A stretch of 54,510 nucleotides of DNA from Egicoccus sp. (lineage in GTDB: Bacteria > Actinomycetota > Nitriliruptoria > Nitriliruptorales > Nitriliruptoraceae), in the NCBI GenBank assembly GCA_040904725.1, contig JBBDSX010000046.1:1-54510 (forward strand). Reading direction: 5' to 3'. Below are positions 8,351-18,332 of the stretch, one piece after another. The notes beneath the pieces are model-generated. The model made no database searches. It saw only the letters and a program-made list of their open reading frames with translations, and had not been told where the DNA came from. The position numbers and the translations under genes are program-made. How positions within the stretch are numbered: position 1 is the stretch's first letter; the number at the start of each line of letters is the position of its first letter.

Positions 8351-10063
8351 TCAGAAATCCGCGCCGGGCAGGTCCTCCGCGACCTCGGGAAGCTCGACCT
8401 TGCGGAACAGCGGCGTCGGCTCGCCGAGCGTGGTGCCGGCCGCCACGTCCCGTCGTTGCCAACCGTTCGCGTGCAGGTCCTCGCCGTGGCCGAGCCAGCC
8501 GCTGACCGTCGCTGCCGCGAACGGCGTGAACGGTGCGAACGCGAGGTTGCAGCCGCTGATGGCCTGCAGCGCGGTCCACAGGGTCGTCGCCGTGCGGTCC
8601 CGATCGGTCTTGGCGGTCTTCCAGGGCTCGGTCGCGTTGAGGTAGGCGTTGACCTCCTGCGTCGCCTCGAGCGCCTGCTTGAGCGCCGCACGCAACTCGA
8701 CCTGCTCGAACAGTTCCGCCTCGGCCGCGAGGTTGCGGTCGACGGTGGCCAGGATCGCGTGATCGCGGTCGTCGAGTTCACCCGGCTCGGGCACGACGCC
8801 GTCGAAGTTCTTGCGGGTCATCGCCAGGACCCGGTTGACGAGGTTGCCCCATGCCGCGACCAGTTCGCCGTTGATGCGGCGAACCAGTTCGTCCTCGGTC
8901 AGGTCCGTGTCGTTGTACTCGGGCAGGATCGTGGCCAACGCGTAGCGCAACTCGTCGGGCTGGTAGTCGTCGAGGTAGTCCAACAACGACTTCCCGACAC
9001 CGCGCGACTTCGATGCCTTGGCGCCGCGGAAGGTGACGTACTGGTTGGCCGGCACGTTGGTCGGCAGGTTGAGCGGCGGCGAGTCGGCGGTCGCCGAGCC
9101 GAGCAGGTAGCTCGGCCAGAACACCGCGTGGAACGGGATGTTGTCCTTGCCCACGAAGTAGTACGACTCGGCCGCCGGGTCGAGCCACCAGGCCTTCCAG
9201 GCGTCCGGATCCCCGGAGCGCTGCGCCCACTCCTTCGAGGCCGACAGGTAGCCGATGACGGCCTCGAACCACACGTAGATGCGCTTCTCGGACTTCTCGG
9301 TCGAGATGTCGAGCTCCGGCGGGATCGGGATCCCCCAGGTGAGGTCGCGCGTGATCGAGCGGTCGATCAGCCCCTCGCGCACGAACCCGAGCGCCCAGTT
9401 GATGACGTGGCTGCGCCAGCCCTCGCGCCCCTCGAGCCACTTCAGCAGGTCGTCCTGCAGCCGCGGCAGCAGGATGAAGTAGTGCTCGGTCTCGCGCGGT
9501 TCAGGGGTCGAGCCCGTCAGCTTCGAACGCGGGTCGACCAGGTCGATCGGGTCGAGGGTCTTGCCGCAGGCGTCGCATTGATCGCCGCGGGCGTCGGGCG
9601 AGCCGCAGTTGGGACAGGTGCCCTCGACGTAGCGGTCGGGCAGGAAGCGGTTGGCCTCCGGGTCGAAGAACTGCTCGGTCGTCCGCGTGTCGATGTAGCC
9701 GTTGGCGTGCAGGGCACGGAACAGTTCCCACGTGACCTCGCGGTGGTTGTCGGTCATCGTGGTGGTGAACAGATCGAACGAGATCCCGAGCCGCTCCCAC
9801 TGCTCGTGGAACTTCGGGTTGAACCGGTTGACGATGTCCGCCGGTTCCACCCCCTCCTGCTCGGCCTTCACCGTGATCGGGGTGCCGTGTGCGTCGGTGC
9901 CCGACACCATCAGCACGCGGTTGCCGGCAATCCGGTGATAGCGCGCGAAGATGTCGGCCGGCAGGTACGCACCGGCGATGTGGCCGAGGTGCGACAGGCC
10001 GTTCGCGTACGGCCAGGCCACGGCGACGAGAATATGACGGACGGAGGTCTCGGAAGCGCTCAT
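8351..10063 (-). CDS. metG: Methionine--tRNA ligase
   Basis: WPYANG..HLGH (HIGH) motif, GTDAHG, zinc knuckles CPNC and CDAC, YVWFEA, GKDNIPFH and KASKS (KMSKS variant). Confidence 0.96.
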   Translation of the reverse strand: MSASETSVRHILVAVAWPYANGLSHLGHIAGAYLPADIFARYHRIAGNRVLMVSGTDAHGTPITVKAEQEGVEPADIVNRFNPKFHEQWERLGISFDLFTTTMTDNHREVTWELFRALHANGYIDTRTTEQFFDPEANRFLPDRYVEGTCPNCGSPDARGDQCDACGKTLDPIDLVDPRSKLTGSTPEPRETEHYFILLPRLQDDLLKWLEGREGWRSHVINWALGFVREGLIDRSITRDLTWGIPIPPELDISTEKSEKRIYVWFEAVIGYLSASKEWAQRSGDPDAWKAWWLDPAAESYYFVGKDNIPFHAVFWPSYLLGSATADSPPLNLPTNVPANQYVTFRGAKASKSRGVGKSLLDYLDDYQPDELRYALATILPEYNDTDLTEDELVRRINGELVAAWGNLVNRVLAMTRKNFDGVVPEPGELDDRDHAILATVDRNLAAEAELFEQVELRAALKQALEATQEVNAYLNATEPWKTAKTDRDRTATTLWTALQAISGCNLAFAPFTPFAAATVSGWLGHGEDLHANGWQRRDVAAGTTLGEPTPLFRKVELPEVAEDLPGADF

Positions 10064-10070
10064 GCGCACG

Positions 10071-10076
10071 AGCCTA
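10071..10076 (-). promoter_or_regulatory. Putative -10 element TAGGCT of a leaderless metG promoter
   Basis: TANNNT hexamer 7 nt upstream of ATG 10063; no SD in between. Confidence 0.5.
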
Positions 10077-10102
10077 TCTTCCGACCGGAACCGGCCTGGC
10101 GG

Positions 10103-10546
10103 CTAGGACTCGTCGGGCAGGCGGACGGAGCCGTCCGGGTGCAGCGGGAAGCCGAAGTTGTGGGCGAACTCCCACAGATGCCCGTCGGGGTCGGCCACGT
10201 AGCCGGAGTAGCCGCCCCACTCGGCACGCACCGCGGGCTTGACCACGCGACCTCCTGCCTCGGCCGCCGTCGCGATCGCGGCGTCGACCGCCACCTCGTC
10301 CGGCAGGTTGCAGGCCAGCGCGACGGCAGCCGGGCCGGCGGCGAGGCCGGCCCCGGCGAGACCGGCGTCCTCGGCGAGGTCGTCGCGACCGAACAACGAC
10401 AGCACGACGGCGCCGCCGCGCATGAACGAGACGACCCCCTCGACCGACGCGTCCGACCGTTGCCAACCGAGGGCGGTGTAGTAGGCCTCGGCGCGGGCGA
10501 GGTCGCTCACGCCCAGCGTGACCAGGCTGACGTGCGCGGCGTTCAT
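10103..10546 (-). CDS. VOC / glyoxalase family protein
   Basis: SLVTLGVSDL...YY.ALGW and WGGYSGYVADPDGHLWE motifs; ATGA overlap with the upstream GTPase stop. Confidence 0.88.
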   Translation of the reverse strand: MNAAHVSLVTLGVSDLARAEAYYTALGWQRSDASVEGVVSFMRGGAVVLSLFGRDDLAEDAGLAGAGLAAGPAAVALACNLPDEVAVDAAIATAAEAGGRVVKPAVRAEWGGYSGYVADPDGHLWEFAHNFGFPLHPDGSVRLPDES

Positions 10547-12114
10547 CGGCCTTCCTTCCGGGACAGGGCGGCGAGGGCGTCGCGGAGACGGCGCTGGTCG
10601 TCGACCTCGCGGCGGAGCGGGTCGAGCAGGCGCTGTTCGACGACCTCGCCCAGGCTCCGCTCGATCTGCCGACGGACCCGTGCGGCATGCCGTCGTGCGC
10701 CAGTACGCGCCAGCAACCGGGTGACCACGCCGAGCAGGACCCGGACCAGCAGCCCGCCGAGCAGCAGCGCGGTCGGCCACGGCAGGTCACCCGCCACGCG
10801 TGGGACCGGCAGTTCGGGCAGGCGGAGGTAGTCGACCACGGCCAGGGCGGCCAGCCACCCGGCGCCGACGATCGCGCACGTCTCGGCCAGCAGCCGCAGC
10901 CACGACAGCACCGTCCACCACCGTCGCGGCGCCGGCACCAGGTCGGCGTCGGCCACCGCGTCGGTCAGCGCCGGTGCGGCGTGATCGGCAGCCTCGCCGA
11001 CGGCGCGGTGCAGGGCGGCGTGGGTCTGTCCGGCGGTCCGTCCGACGTCCAGCGCGCGCAGCAGCGCCGTCCCGACGCCCTCGACCGTGGCGGCGCGCGG
11101 CGGCGGCCCGTCGGCCACCCCGGCCCGGCGTCGCAACGAGACCCCGGCCGCCCGGAACGGACGTCCGAGCACCCGGGCCAGCGGCGACCGGCTTCGTCGC
11201 GCCGCCTCGCGGCGGTACAGCCCGGCGGCCTCGGCTGCCGCCCGGTGGCCGTCGACGGCGACCAGCACCGGCCCCATCAGCGCGTCGGCGGTGGGCACCT
11301 CGACCGTGTCGGCCTCGAGGTGTCGGCCGGCTCGTTCGGCGAAGACGGCGGCGTCGGCCGCCAGGCGGGCAGCCGCGGCGGACCGTCGCGCCGCCAGGTC
11401 CGTCAGCGCCCCACGGAGTTCGTCCACGCCCGTCCCGGTGCGTGCCGAGGTGTGGATCACGCGGGCGTCACGGTGGCCGCCGTCGGCAAGCCGCCTCCCA
11501 AGGTCCGCACGCAGCGCCGCGAGCCCCTCGGACGTGAGTTCGTCGGCACGGTTGAGCACGACCAGCAGCACCTCGGCGTGCTCGGTCAGCGCCGCCAGGG
11601 GCCCGGCGTGGGTGTCCTCGCGGGCGTACTTGACCGGATCGACCACCCACACGACCACGTCGACGCGCTCGGCGAGACGCGTCGCCGTCGTGCGGTGGGC
11701 CTCGACGACCGAGTCGTGGTCGGGCAGGTCGAGCAGCACCAGGCCCTCGGGGAGGGCGTCGCCCACGGCATGGCGCTCGGGCACCTCGAGCCAGTCGAGC
11801 AGCGCATCGGATTCGGGCGTGGGCCCGTCCATCGCGGCGAGTGCGACCGAGGTCGTGGGGCGTCGGACGCCCTCGACGGCGATGCCGCGTCCGAGGAGCG
11901 CGTTCGTCAGGGCCGACTTGCCCACGCCGGTCCCACCCGCGAGCGCCGCGACCGTGAGGCCCTCGCCGCGGGCGAGCCGTTCGTCGAGTTGCTCGCGCAG
12001 GTCGACGGCCTCGGCGACCACGACGTCGTCGAGCCGGCCGGGCCCGAGGCCGACGACGGTGTCGAGCGCCCCGGCCACGTCGGGCGGCGGTGCGGCGGCC
12101 GACCGCCGCCTCAC
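10543..12114 (-). CDS. Dynamin-like GTPase, second of the pair, with C-terminal TM hairpin
   Basis: G1 GGTGVGKS, G2 RRPTT, G3-like DLPD, G4 NRAD and G5 TSA. Two hydrophobic helices near the C-terminus. GTGA overlap with the upstream gene. Confidence 0.82.
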   Translation of the reverse strand: MRRRSAAAPPPDVAGALDTVVGLGPGRLDDVVVAEAVDLREQLDERLARGEGLTVAALAGGTGVGKSALTNALLGRGIAVEGVRRPTTSVALAAMDGPTPESDALLDWLEVPERHAVGDALPEGLVLLDLPDHDSVVEAHRTTATRLAERVDVVVWVVDPVKYAREDTHAGPLAALTEHAEVLLVVLNRADELTSEGLAALRADLGRRLADGGHRDARVIHTSARTGTGVDELRGALTDLAARRSAAAARLAADAAVFAERAGRHLEADTVEVPTADALMGPVLVAVDGHRAAAEAAGLYRREAARRSRSPLARVLGRPFRAAGVSLRRRAGVADGPPPRAATVEGVGTALLRALDVGRTAGQTHAALHRAVGEAADHAAPALTDAVADADLVPAPRRWWTVLSWLRLLAETCAIVGAGWLAALAVVDYLRLPELPVPRVAGDLPWPTALLLGGLLVRVLLGVVTRLLARTGARRHAARVRRQIERSLGEVVEQRLLDPLRREVDDQRRLRDALAALSRKEGR

Positions 12115-13829
12115 GGCCGTCGTCCGGCGGCGCTCCGCACCACGGCGTGCGCGTCGGCCGGAGGCAGCGCCCCGGTCAGCGCGGCGTCGTGACGTGCCCG
12201 GTCGGCTTCGATCAGGCGAGTGAGGCGACCTTCGAGATCGGCGCGGGCGTCGGCGAGCAGGTTGCGCAGGTTCTGTTCGCCGAACAGCCGCACCAGCAGG
12301 GCCTGGCTGCCGGCGCTGGCCAGTGCGGCGATGCCCAATTCGCCGCCCGTGAGTCCGCCACTGACCGTGAACACGACCAGGATCGCCGCCGTGGCCACGG
12401 CATTGAGCGCGGTCGACCACACGCGGGCCTGGACCCGGCGCTCGGCGCCGATCGTCGCCACGAGTTCGGCGACGTGTTCGCCCCACGCATCGACCTCGGC
12501 ACGGACGCGGTGGGACCGTTCGGTGTCCTCGCTGCGCAGGGCGGGCTGGCGGTCCAGGAGTTCGCGGCCGACCGGGTCCTCCTCGAACCGGCGGCGAGCC
12601 TCCCAGGCTGCACGCTCGAGCAGGCGGACGATCGTGTCGCTGAGCGTGTCGGCGACCTCGGCACGGACCTGGCGCGGACTGCTCGCCGCCTCGTCGGTGG
12701 TCCCCAGCATGCCGCGCACCATCTCGCGCATGCGGGTCGCCGCCGTCTGGATGCGCAGCATGGTCTCGCCGCCACCGACCATGTCGCGCCAGCGGTCGAG
12801 CACGTCGGCGCGCAGGGGGATGCCGCGGTCGAGTTCGACGCCGAGTTCGGCGTGCAGGCCGCGGTAGGACCGCTCGAGCGCATCCTGCAGTCGCTCGGCG
12901 GTCGCCTGCTCGGCCGCCAGCGCGTCGGCCAGTGGGACGAGTTCTGCCGGGACGGCGGCGCGCAGTCCGTCGAGGGCGCGGCGGCGGACGTCGGCACGGG
13001 CGGCCGGCGCCGCGAGACCCGTCAGCCACTCGCGCAACGGGGCGACCGCCGCCGCGGGGACCTGCTCGTCGGCGACGTCGGTCGCGGGGACGTGCAGCAG
13101 GCGGTCGGCGTCCACGCCCTCCGAGGCGAGCAGCCGTGCCACGTCGTCGAGCACCACCTCGAGATCGCGGGCCTGGACCTGCGTGACGACGACGCCGGTC
13201 AGCACCTGGCGGTCGCGGGCCAGACGCAGGTAGGCGGCGCCGACCTCGTCCGCGTAGGTGCGCGCGGTGACGAACCACAACCAGGCGTCGGCGACGTCGA
13301 GCACGCTTTCGGCGAGGGCGCGGTTGGCGGCTTCGACCGAGTCGACGTCGGGGGTGTCGACCAGCGCCAGGCCCGGCGGCAGCCCGTCGGTCGTGCGCAC
13401 GACCAGCCGCTGTCCCCCGGCCGACCCGTCATCGTTCTCCTCGCGCCCCGCGCTCGAGGCGACGCTCACCCGGGGCAGGTGCGGCAGGATCGCGGCGTCG
13501 ACGAGATCGGCCTCGTCGTCAGGGTGGCAGACCAGTACCGGGGCGTGGGTGGTGGGCCGGACGACGCCGGTGGCCGCGACGCGGGCGCCGACCAGGCTGT
13601 TCACGGTGGTGGACTTGCCGGCCCCCGTCCCGCCCGCCAGCACGACCAGCAACGGGGCATCGAGGTCGGCGCTGCGGACCAGCGTGGCCCGCAGGCGCCG
13701 GGCCGTCGCCACGGCGCGTCCCCGCAGTTCCTCACGGGCCGCGCCGCTGAGCGCGAAGTCGAGGGCCTCGAGCGCAGCGGCGAGCGACCCGATGTCGTCC
13801 GCCGCACCGGCGGTGCGCGTCGCGTCCAC
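12111..13829 (-). CDS. Dynamin-like GTPase, first of the pair
   Basis: G1 GGTGAGKS, G2 RPTT and G3-like DTPDVDS, then a long helical stalk and a hydrophobic hairpin (TGGELGIA). Strong AGGAGG RBS before GTG 13829. Confidence 0.82.
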   Translation of the reverse strand: MDATRTAGAADDIGSLAAALEALDFALSGAAREELRGRAVATARRLRATLVRSADLDAPLLVVLAGGTGAGKSTTVNSLVGARVAATGVVRPTTHAPVLVCHPDDEADLVDAAILPHLPRVSVASSAGREENDDGSAGGQRLVVRTTDGLPPGLALVDTPDVDSVEAANRALAESVLDVADAWLWFVTARTYADEVGAAYLRLARDRQVLTGVVVTQVQARDLEVVLDDVARLLASEGVDADRLLHVPATDVADEQVPAAAVAPLREWLTGLAAPAARADVRRRALDGLRAAVPAELVPLADALAAEQATAERLQDALERSYRGLHAELGVELDRGIPLRADVLDRWRDMVGGGETMLRIQTAATRMREMVRGMLGTTDEAASSPRQVRAEVADTLSDTIVRLLERAAWEARRRFEEDPVGRELLDRQPALRSEDTERSHRVRAEVDAWGEHVAELVATIGAERRVQARVWSTALNAVATAAILVVFTVSGGLTGGELGIAALASAGSQALLVRLFGEQNLRNLLADARADLEGRLTRLIEADRARHDAALTGALPPADAHAVVRSAAGRRP

Positions 13830-13915
13830 CGCTCCTCCTGCCTGCCGTGCCCGTGCGGGACCGTAACCGCAAACCGTGTTGACGCGGCGGCCCCGATGCC
13901 GTCCACCGGGCGGCA

Positions 13916-15208
13916 TCACTCGCCGGCGTCGTCGAAGCCGATCAGCGCGTCGGGTTCGAGCCCCTCGAGTTCGCCGTCGGCGTCGGTGGGCGACACCCGC
14001 CGCTCCTCGGGTTCGAAGCGCAGCACCGTGTCGACGTAGCTCTCGGCCGCGTCGAACAGGCCGGCATCATGGCCCATCATCTCGGACAGGTGGTGCCAGT
14101 GGTCGATGACGTCGTGGAAGAGTTCGGCGGGTTCACGCCTGCCGTGCAGTTCCTCGGGCACGATTTCGACGATCGGCTCGAACGACTGCTCCATCCACCG
14201 GTGGGCGATCAGCACCTCGGGCATCGAACGTCCCTCCTCGGCCTGCAGCCACGCGCCGAAGTTGTGCATGTCGTTGAGCAGGAAGCGGGCCTGGTTCTCC
14301 TGCACGTCGAGCCCGGTCAGCTGCTGCAGCAGCCGGCGGTAGCGGCCCGGCTCGAGCACCGAGGTCTTGAGCACCATGCGGGTCAGTCCGGGGTTCTCGG
14401 TGTCCTGGACCAGTTCGAGTTCCTCGACGTCGTAGCCGAGTTCGTTGATCCGCCGCAGCCGGTCGTGGATCCGGTAGCGCTCGTCGTCGCTGAACAGCTC
14501 GTCGCGGGTCAGCTCGGCCCACAGCCCGTGGTAGCGCTCCTCGAGCTCGGTGCCGAGCTCGAACGGGTCGACGTCGGCGGTGAGCACGCCCGCGGCCTGC
14601 AGGTCGAGCAGTTCACCGCCGCACTTCTCGATCGCGAGGTCGACGTCCATCTGCCGCTGCCCCCGCGAGAGGACGTCGTAGAGCTCGCCGGTCTCGGTGT
14701 CGACCACGTACGCCGACAGTCGGCCCGCGTCGCGCCGGAACAGCGTGTTCGACAACGAGCAGTCGCCCCAGAGAAAGCCCTGCAGGTGGATGCGCACCAG
14801 CAGGTGCACCAGTGCGTCGACCATCGGTTCGCGGAGCTGGCGGTGCTCCTGGCGCAGGAACAACAGCCGGTAGGGCACCGAGAACTCGAGGTGCTCGGTG
14901 ATCAGGACCGCTTCGAGCGGCGTGCCGTCCTCGGCCTCGCGGCGGCTGACGACGCCGACGACATCGACGACGGGCACGCCCTCGGACTTGAGGTGACGCA
15001 GGAACCGCCACTCGCGCTCGGCGAACCGGCGTGGCAGTTCCTTGAGGTGGTACAGCCGCTGGTCGTACTGGACGGTGCGCACGACGTGGCGGTGGATGCC
15101 CATCGGCATCTCGACCAGCCGCGGCGAGTCCCACTCGGCGAGCGCCCGGTTCCAGGGCAGGTCGAGGAAGTCCGGGTGCCCGGTGCGGGCCGTCAGCTGG
15201 AAGCGCAA
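13916..15208 (-). CDS. DUF4032 domain protein (LPS/protein kinase-like fold)
   Basis: LDLPW, GIHRHVVR, YHLKELP, catalytic-loop-like WGDCSLSNTLF and VDTETGE; located after an msiK-like gene, as is usual in actinobacteria. Confidence 0.8.
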   Translation of the reverse strand: MRFQLTARTGHPDFLDLPWNRALAEWDSPRLVEMPMGIHRHVVRTVQYDQRLYHLKELPRRFAEREWRFLRHLKSEGVPVVDVVGVVSRREAEDGTPLEAVLITEHLEFSVPYRLLFLRQEHRQLREPMVDALVHLLVRIHLQGFLWGDCSLSNTLFRRDAGRLSAYVVDTETGELYDVLSRGQRQMDVDLAIEKCGGELLDLQAAGVLTADVDPFELGTELEERYHGLWAELTRDELFSDDERYRIHDRLRRINELGYDVEELELVQDTENPGLTRMVLKTSVLEPGRYRRLLQQLTGLDVQENQARFLLNDMHNFGAWLQAEEGRSMPEVLIAHRWMEQSFEPIVEIVPEELHGRREPAELFHDVIDHWHHLSEMMGHDAGLFDAAESYVDTVLRFEPEERRVSPTDADGELEGLEPDALIGFDDAGE

Positions 15209-15317
15209 GGGCGGTGCCGTGTTCGTCGGTGCCGACGACGTTGGGGGACGCGGTACGCGACCGGCCGGTGATCATGACGACCACCGGCCGGATGACCGCT
15301 CGACACGTCGGGCGTGC

Positions 15318-16517
15318 CTACCGCAGGGCCTGGCCGTTCTCGACGTCGAAGAAGTGCAGTTCCTCGGTGCGGAACCCGACCTCGATCTTGTCGCCGATCT
15401 TGGGCGGGTTGCCCGGCTCGAAGCGGGCCGTGAAGGTCTGCCCGCCCGACTCGGCCTGACGCTTGAGGTCCTCGAAGGCCTCCTCGTCGTCGATGGCTTC
15501 CTTCATGTCATCGGTGACGATCGGTGGCGTGTCGGTGCGGAAGTGCACGAGCATCTCGGCACCGAGCATCTCGACCAGGGTGACCTCGCGTCCGCGCCAC
15601 ACCTGGTCGGGTCCGACCTCGTCGATCGGTGCGAAGTGTTCGGGACGCATGCCGAGGGCGACCTCGCCACCGGCCTTTTCGGCCGCCTTGGGGTAGCGGT
15701 CGAGCGCCTCGTCGGGCACGTGCAGGCGCGTGGCTCCGCGGTCGAGTTCGACCCACATCTTGCCGTCCTCGCGCACCAGCTTGGCACTGGAGATGTTCAT
15801 CGACGGCGAGCCGATGAACCCCGCCACGAACAGGTTCTCGGGCCGGTTGTACAGCGTCTGCGGCGCGTCGACCTGCTGGAGCCGGCCGCGCTTGAGGACC
15901 GCCACGCGGTCACCCATCGTCATCGCCTCGATCTGGTCGTGGGTGACGTAGACCGTGGTGACGCCGAGCCGCGACTGGAGCGCCGCGATCTCGGCGCGCA
16001 TCTGCACGCGCAGCTTCGCGTCGAGGTTGGACAGCGGCTCGTCCATCAAAAACGCCTGGGGCGAGCGCACGATGGCGCGCCCCATCGCCACGCGCTGGCG
16101 CTGGCCGCCCGAGAGGGCCTTGGGCTTGCGGTGCAGGTACTCGGTGAGACCGAGGATGTCCGCGGCCTGGTTCACCCGGCGCTCGATCTCGTCCTTCGGG
16201 GTCTTGGACAGCTTCAGGGCGAAACCCATGTTGTCCGCGACCGACATGTGCGGGTACAGCGCGTAGGACTGGAACACCATCGCGATGTCGCGCTCCTTCG
16301 GAGACAGGTCGTTGACGACCTGGTCACCGATGTAGAGCTTGCCGCCCGAGATCTCCTCGAGGCCGGCGACCATCCGCAGTGCCGTGGACTTGCCGCACCC
16401 GGAGGGTCCGACCAGGATCACGAACTCGCCGTCCGCGATCTCCAGGGACAGATCGAAGATCGCCTGCGTCCCGTCGGGATACACCTTCTGTACGTCCTCG
16501 AACACCACGTTCGCCAT
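15318..16517 (-). CDS. msiK: Sugar ABC transporter ATP-binding protein (MsiK/UgpC/MalK family)
   Basis: Walker A GPSGCGKS, Q-loop VFQSYALYPHM, signature LSGGQRQR, Walker B MDEPLSNLD, YVTHDQ and C-terminal TOBE region. Confidence 0.9.
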   Translation of the reverse strand: MANVVFEDVQKVYPDGTQAIFDLSLEIADGEFVILVGPSGCGKSTALRMVAGLEEISGGKLYIGDQVVNDLSPKERDIAMVFQSYALYPHMSVADNMGFALKLSKTPKDEIERRVNQAADILGLTEYLHRKPKALSGGQRQRVAMGRAIVRSPQAFLMDEPLSNLDAKLRVQMRAEIAALQSRLGVTTVYVTHDQIEAMTMGDRVAVLKRGRLQQVDAPQTLYNRPENLFVAGFIGSPSMNISSAKLVREDGKMWVELDRGATRLHVPDEALDRYPKAAEKAGGEVALGMRPEHFAPIDEVGPDQVWRGREVTLVEMLGAEMLVHFRTDTPPIVTDDMKEAIDDEEAFEDLKRQAESGGQTFTARFEPGNPPKIGDKIEVGFRTEELHFFDVENGQALR

Positions 16518-16730
16518 ACCGCACCTCCCGGGGTCGTGTCACCACCGCGCCGGTTCGGGCGCGTGGCGTGATGGCTGCTGGGGGTTCGGCGGCTGGACCG
16601 CCGAATGTCAGTTGCGACGATAGACGGCACGGGCCCTCGATGGGGGACCTTCGGCGCACCGCGAACACCGCGTTCGCCCCGATAGCGTGTCGATCCGACA
16701 CGACACGACGCGACGAACGAGGAGTGGGAC

Positions 16731-18332
16731 GTGACCTGGTGGCACGGTGCGGTCGGCTACGAGGTCTACGTGCGTTCGTTCGCCGACAGCGACGGCGACG
16801 GTTTCGGTGACCTGCGGGGCATCCAGGACCGCCTGCCCTACCTCGCCGATCTCGGGGTCGACCTCGTCTGGGTCACGCCGTTCTACCCCTCGCCGCAGGC
16901 CGACCACGGCTACGACGTCTCGGACTACCTCGGCGTCGAACCGACCTACGGCACCGTCGACGACGCGACGGCACTGATCGAGCGGGCCCACGAACTCGGG
17001 CTTCGGATCGTGGTCGACCTCGTGCCCAACCACACGTCCAGCCAGCATCCCTGGTTCCTCGACGCGCTGACCGGCCGTGACGCCGAGCACCGCGACTTCT
17101 ACGTCTGGCGCGACCCCGCCCCCGACGACGGGCCACCGAACAACTGGGTCAGTAACTTCGGAGGTCCCGCGTGGACCCTCGACGAGGCGTCGGGCCAGTA
17201 CTACATGCACCTGTTCCTGCCCGAACAGCCCGACCTCAACTGGGCCGACGACCGGGTCCGCGCGGCGTTCGCCGAGATCATCGACACCTGGTTCGCCCGC
17301 GGCGTGGACGGGATCCGCATCGACGTCGCGCACGCCCTGGTCAAGGACGAACAGTTCCGCGACAACCCTCTGCTGGTCGAGGTCGATCCCGCCGCGTCGC
17401 CCGGGGACCGGTTCAAGGCGTTCGACCATCTCCACGACCAGGACCAGGCCGGCGTCCTCGACATCTACCGCGAGTGGAACAGGATCGCGGCCAAGCACGA
17501 CGCGATGCTGCTCGGCGAGGTCTACCTGCTGCAGACCGAACGGCTACGCCGCTACGTCGAGGATGGCGACGGACTGCACCTGGCCTTCGCGTTCGCCACC
17601 TTGCACACCACGTGGGACGTCGAGGAGATCCGCACGACGCTCGGCGGACTCGTCGAGGCCGGCGGGGACGGCTTCGCGTGGCCGCTGGGAAGCCACGACG
17701 ACCCGCGGGCCGCGACCCGTTTCGGTGGCGGCGAGGTCGGGGCACGCCGGGCCCGCGCCTACCTGACGCTGCTGTGCGGCCTGCCGGGCGTCCCGTTCGT
17801 CTACCAGGGCGACGAACTCGGCCTCGACGACGCGGAACTGGCCGACGACTCGGCGCAGGACCCGGTCGCCGTGCGCAACCCGGGGGCCGCCGGGCGCGAC
17901 CCGGTCCGCACCCCGATGCTGTGGGAGCCCGTCGACGGCTTCGGGTTCACCACCGGCACGCCATGGCTGCCGTTCGGTGACAACCGGCGCCCGGACCAGA
18001 CAGTCGCCGCCCAGGCCGGCGTGCCCGGATCGCCGCTCGAGCGCACGCGCGGCCTGCTCCGGGCGCGCCGCGAACTGCCGGCGTTGCGCCACGGCGCCGG
18101 CTGGACGTGGTTGACCGACGAGGGCCCGGTGATCGCACTGCGCCGCAGCACGGGCGATGCCGCCGACATCGTGGTCGCCCTCCACGTCGACGCGTCAGGA
18201 TCGGGCGAAGCCATCTCGCTCGCGTTGCCCGGACCCGGCCGGCTCGCCTACGCCAGCGACGAGGGTGTCGAGGTGTCCGGCAGCGTGCTGCGGCTGCCCG
18301 CGGACACGGCCGCGTTCGTGGAACTGTCGTGA
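16731..18332 (+). CDS. GH13 alpha-glucosidase / alpha-amylase family glycosyl hydrolase
   Basis: RSFADSDGDGFGDL, DLVPNHTS, QPDLNW, nucleophile motif GIRIDVAH, acid/base GEV, SHDD and YQGDELG. AGGAG RBS. Confidence 0.92.
   Translation: MTWWHGAVGYEVYVRSFADSDGDGFGDLRGIQDRLPYLADLGVDLVWVTPFYPSPQADHGYDVSDYLGVEPTYGTVDDATALIERAHELGLRIVVDLVPNHTSSQHPWFLDALTGRDAEHRDFYVWRDPAPDDGPPNNWVSNFGGPAWTLDEASGQYYMHLFLPEQPDLNWADDRVRAAFAEIIDTWFARGVDGIRIDVAHALVKDEQFRDNPLLVEVDPAASPGDRFKAFDHLHDQDQAGVLDIYREWNRIAAKHDAMLLGEVYLLQTERLRRYVEDGDGLHLAFAFATLHTTWDVEEIRTTLGGLVEAGGDGFAWPLGSHDDPRAATRFGGGEVGARRARAYLTLLCGLPGVPFVYQGDELGLDDAELADDSAQDPVAVRNPGAAGRDPVRTPMLWEPVDGFGFTTGTPWLPFGDNRRPDQTVAAQAGVPGSPLERTRGLLRARRELPALRHGAGWTWLTDEGPVIALRRSTGDAADIVVALHVDASGSGEAISLALPGPGRLAYASDEGVEVSGSVLRLPADTAAFVELS

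Noticed and set aside
7865-10831. 988-aa plus-strand ORF
   Set aside because: Antisense to metG and its neighbours; stop-poor frames are expected at this GC content.
16661-16677. GCGAAC-ACCGC-GTTCGC as a LexA/SOS box
   Set aside because: The spacer is 5 nt rather than the 4 nt of CGAAC-N4-GTTCG, and it lies between sugar genes. It could be another operator, but nothing supports that.
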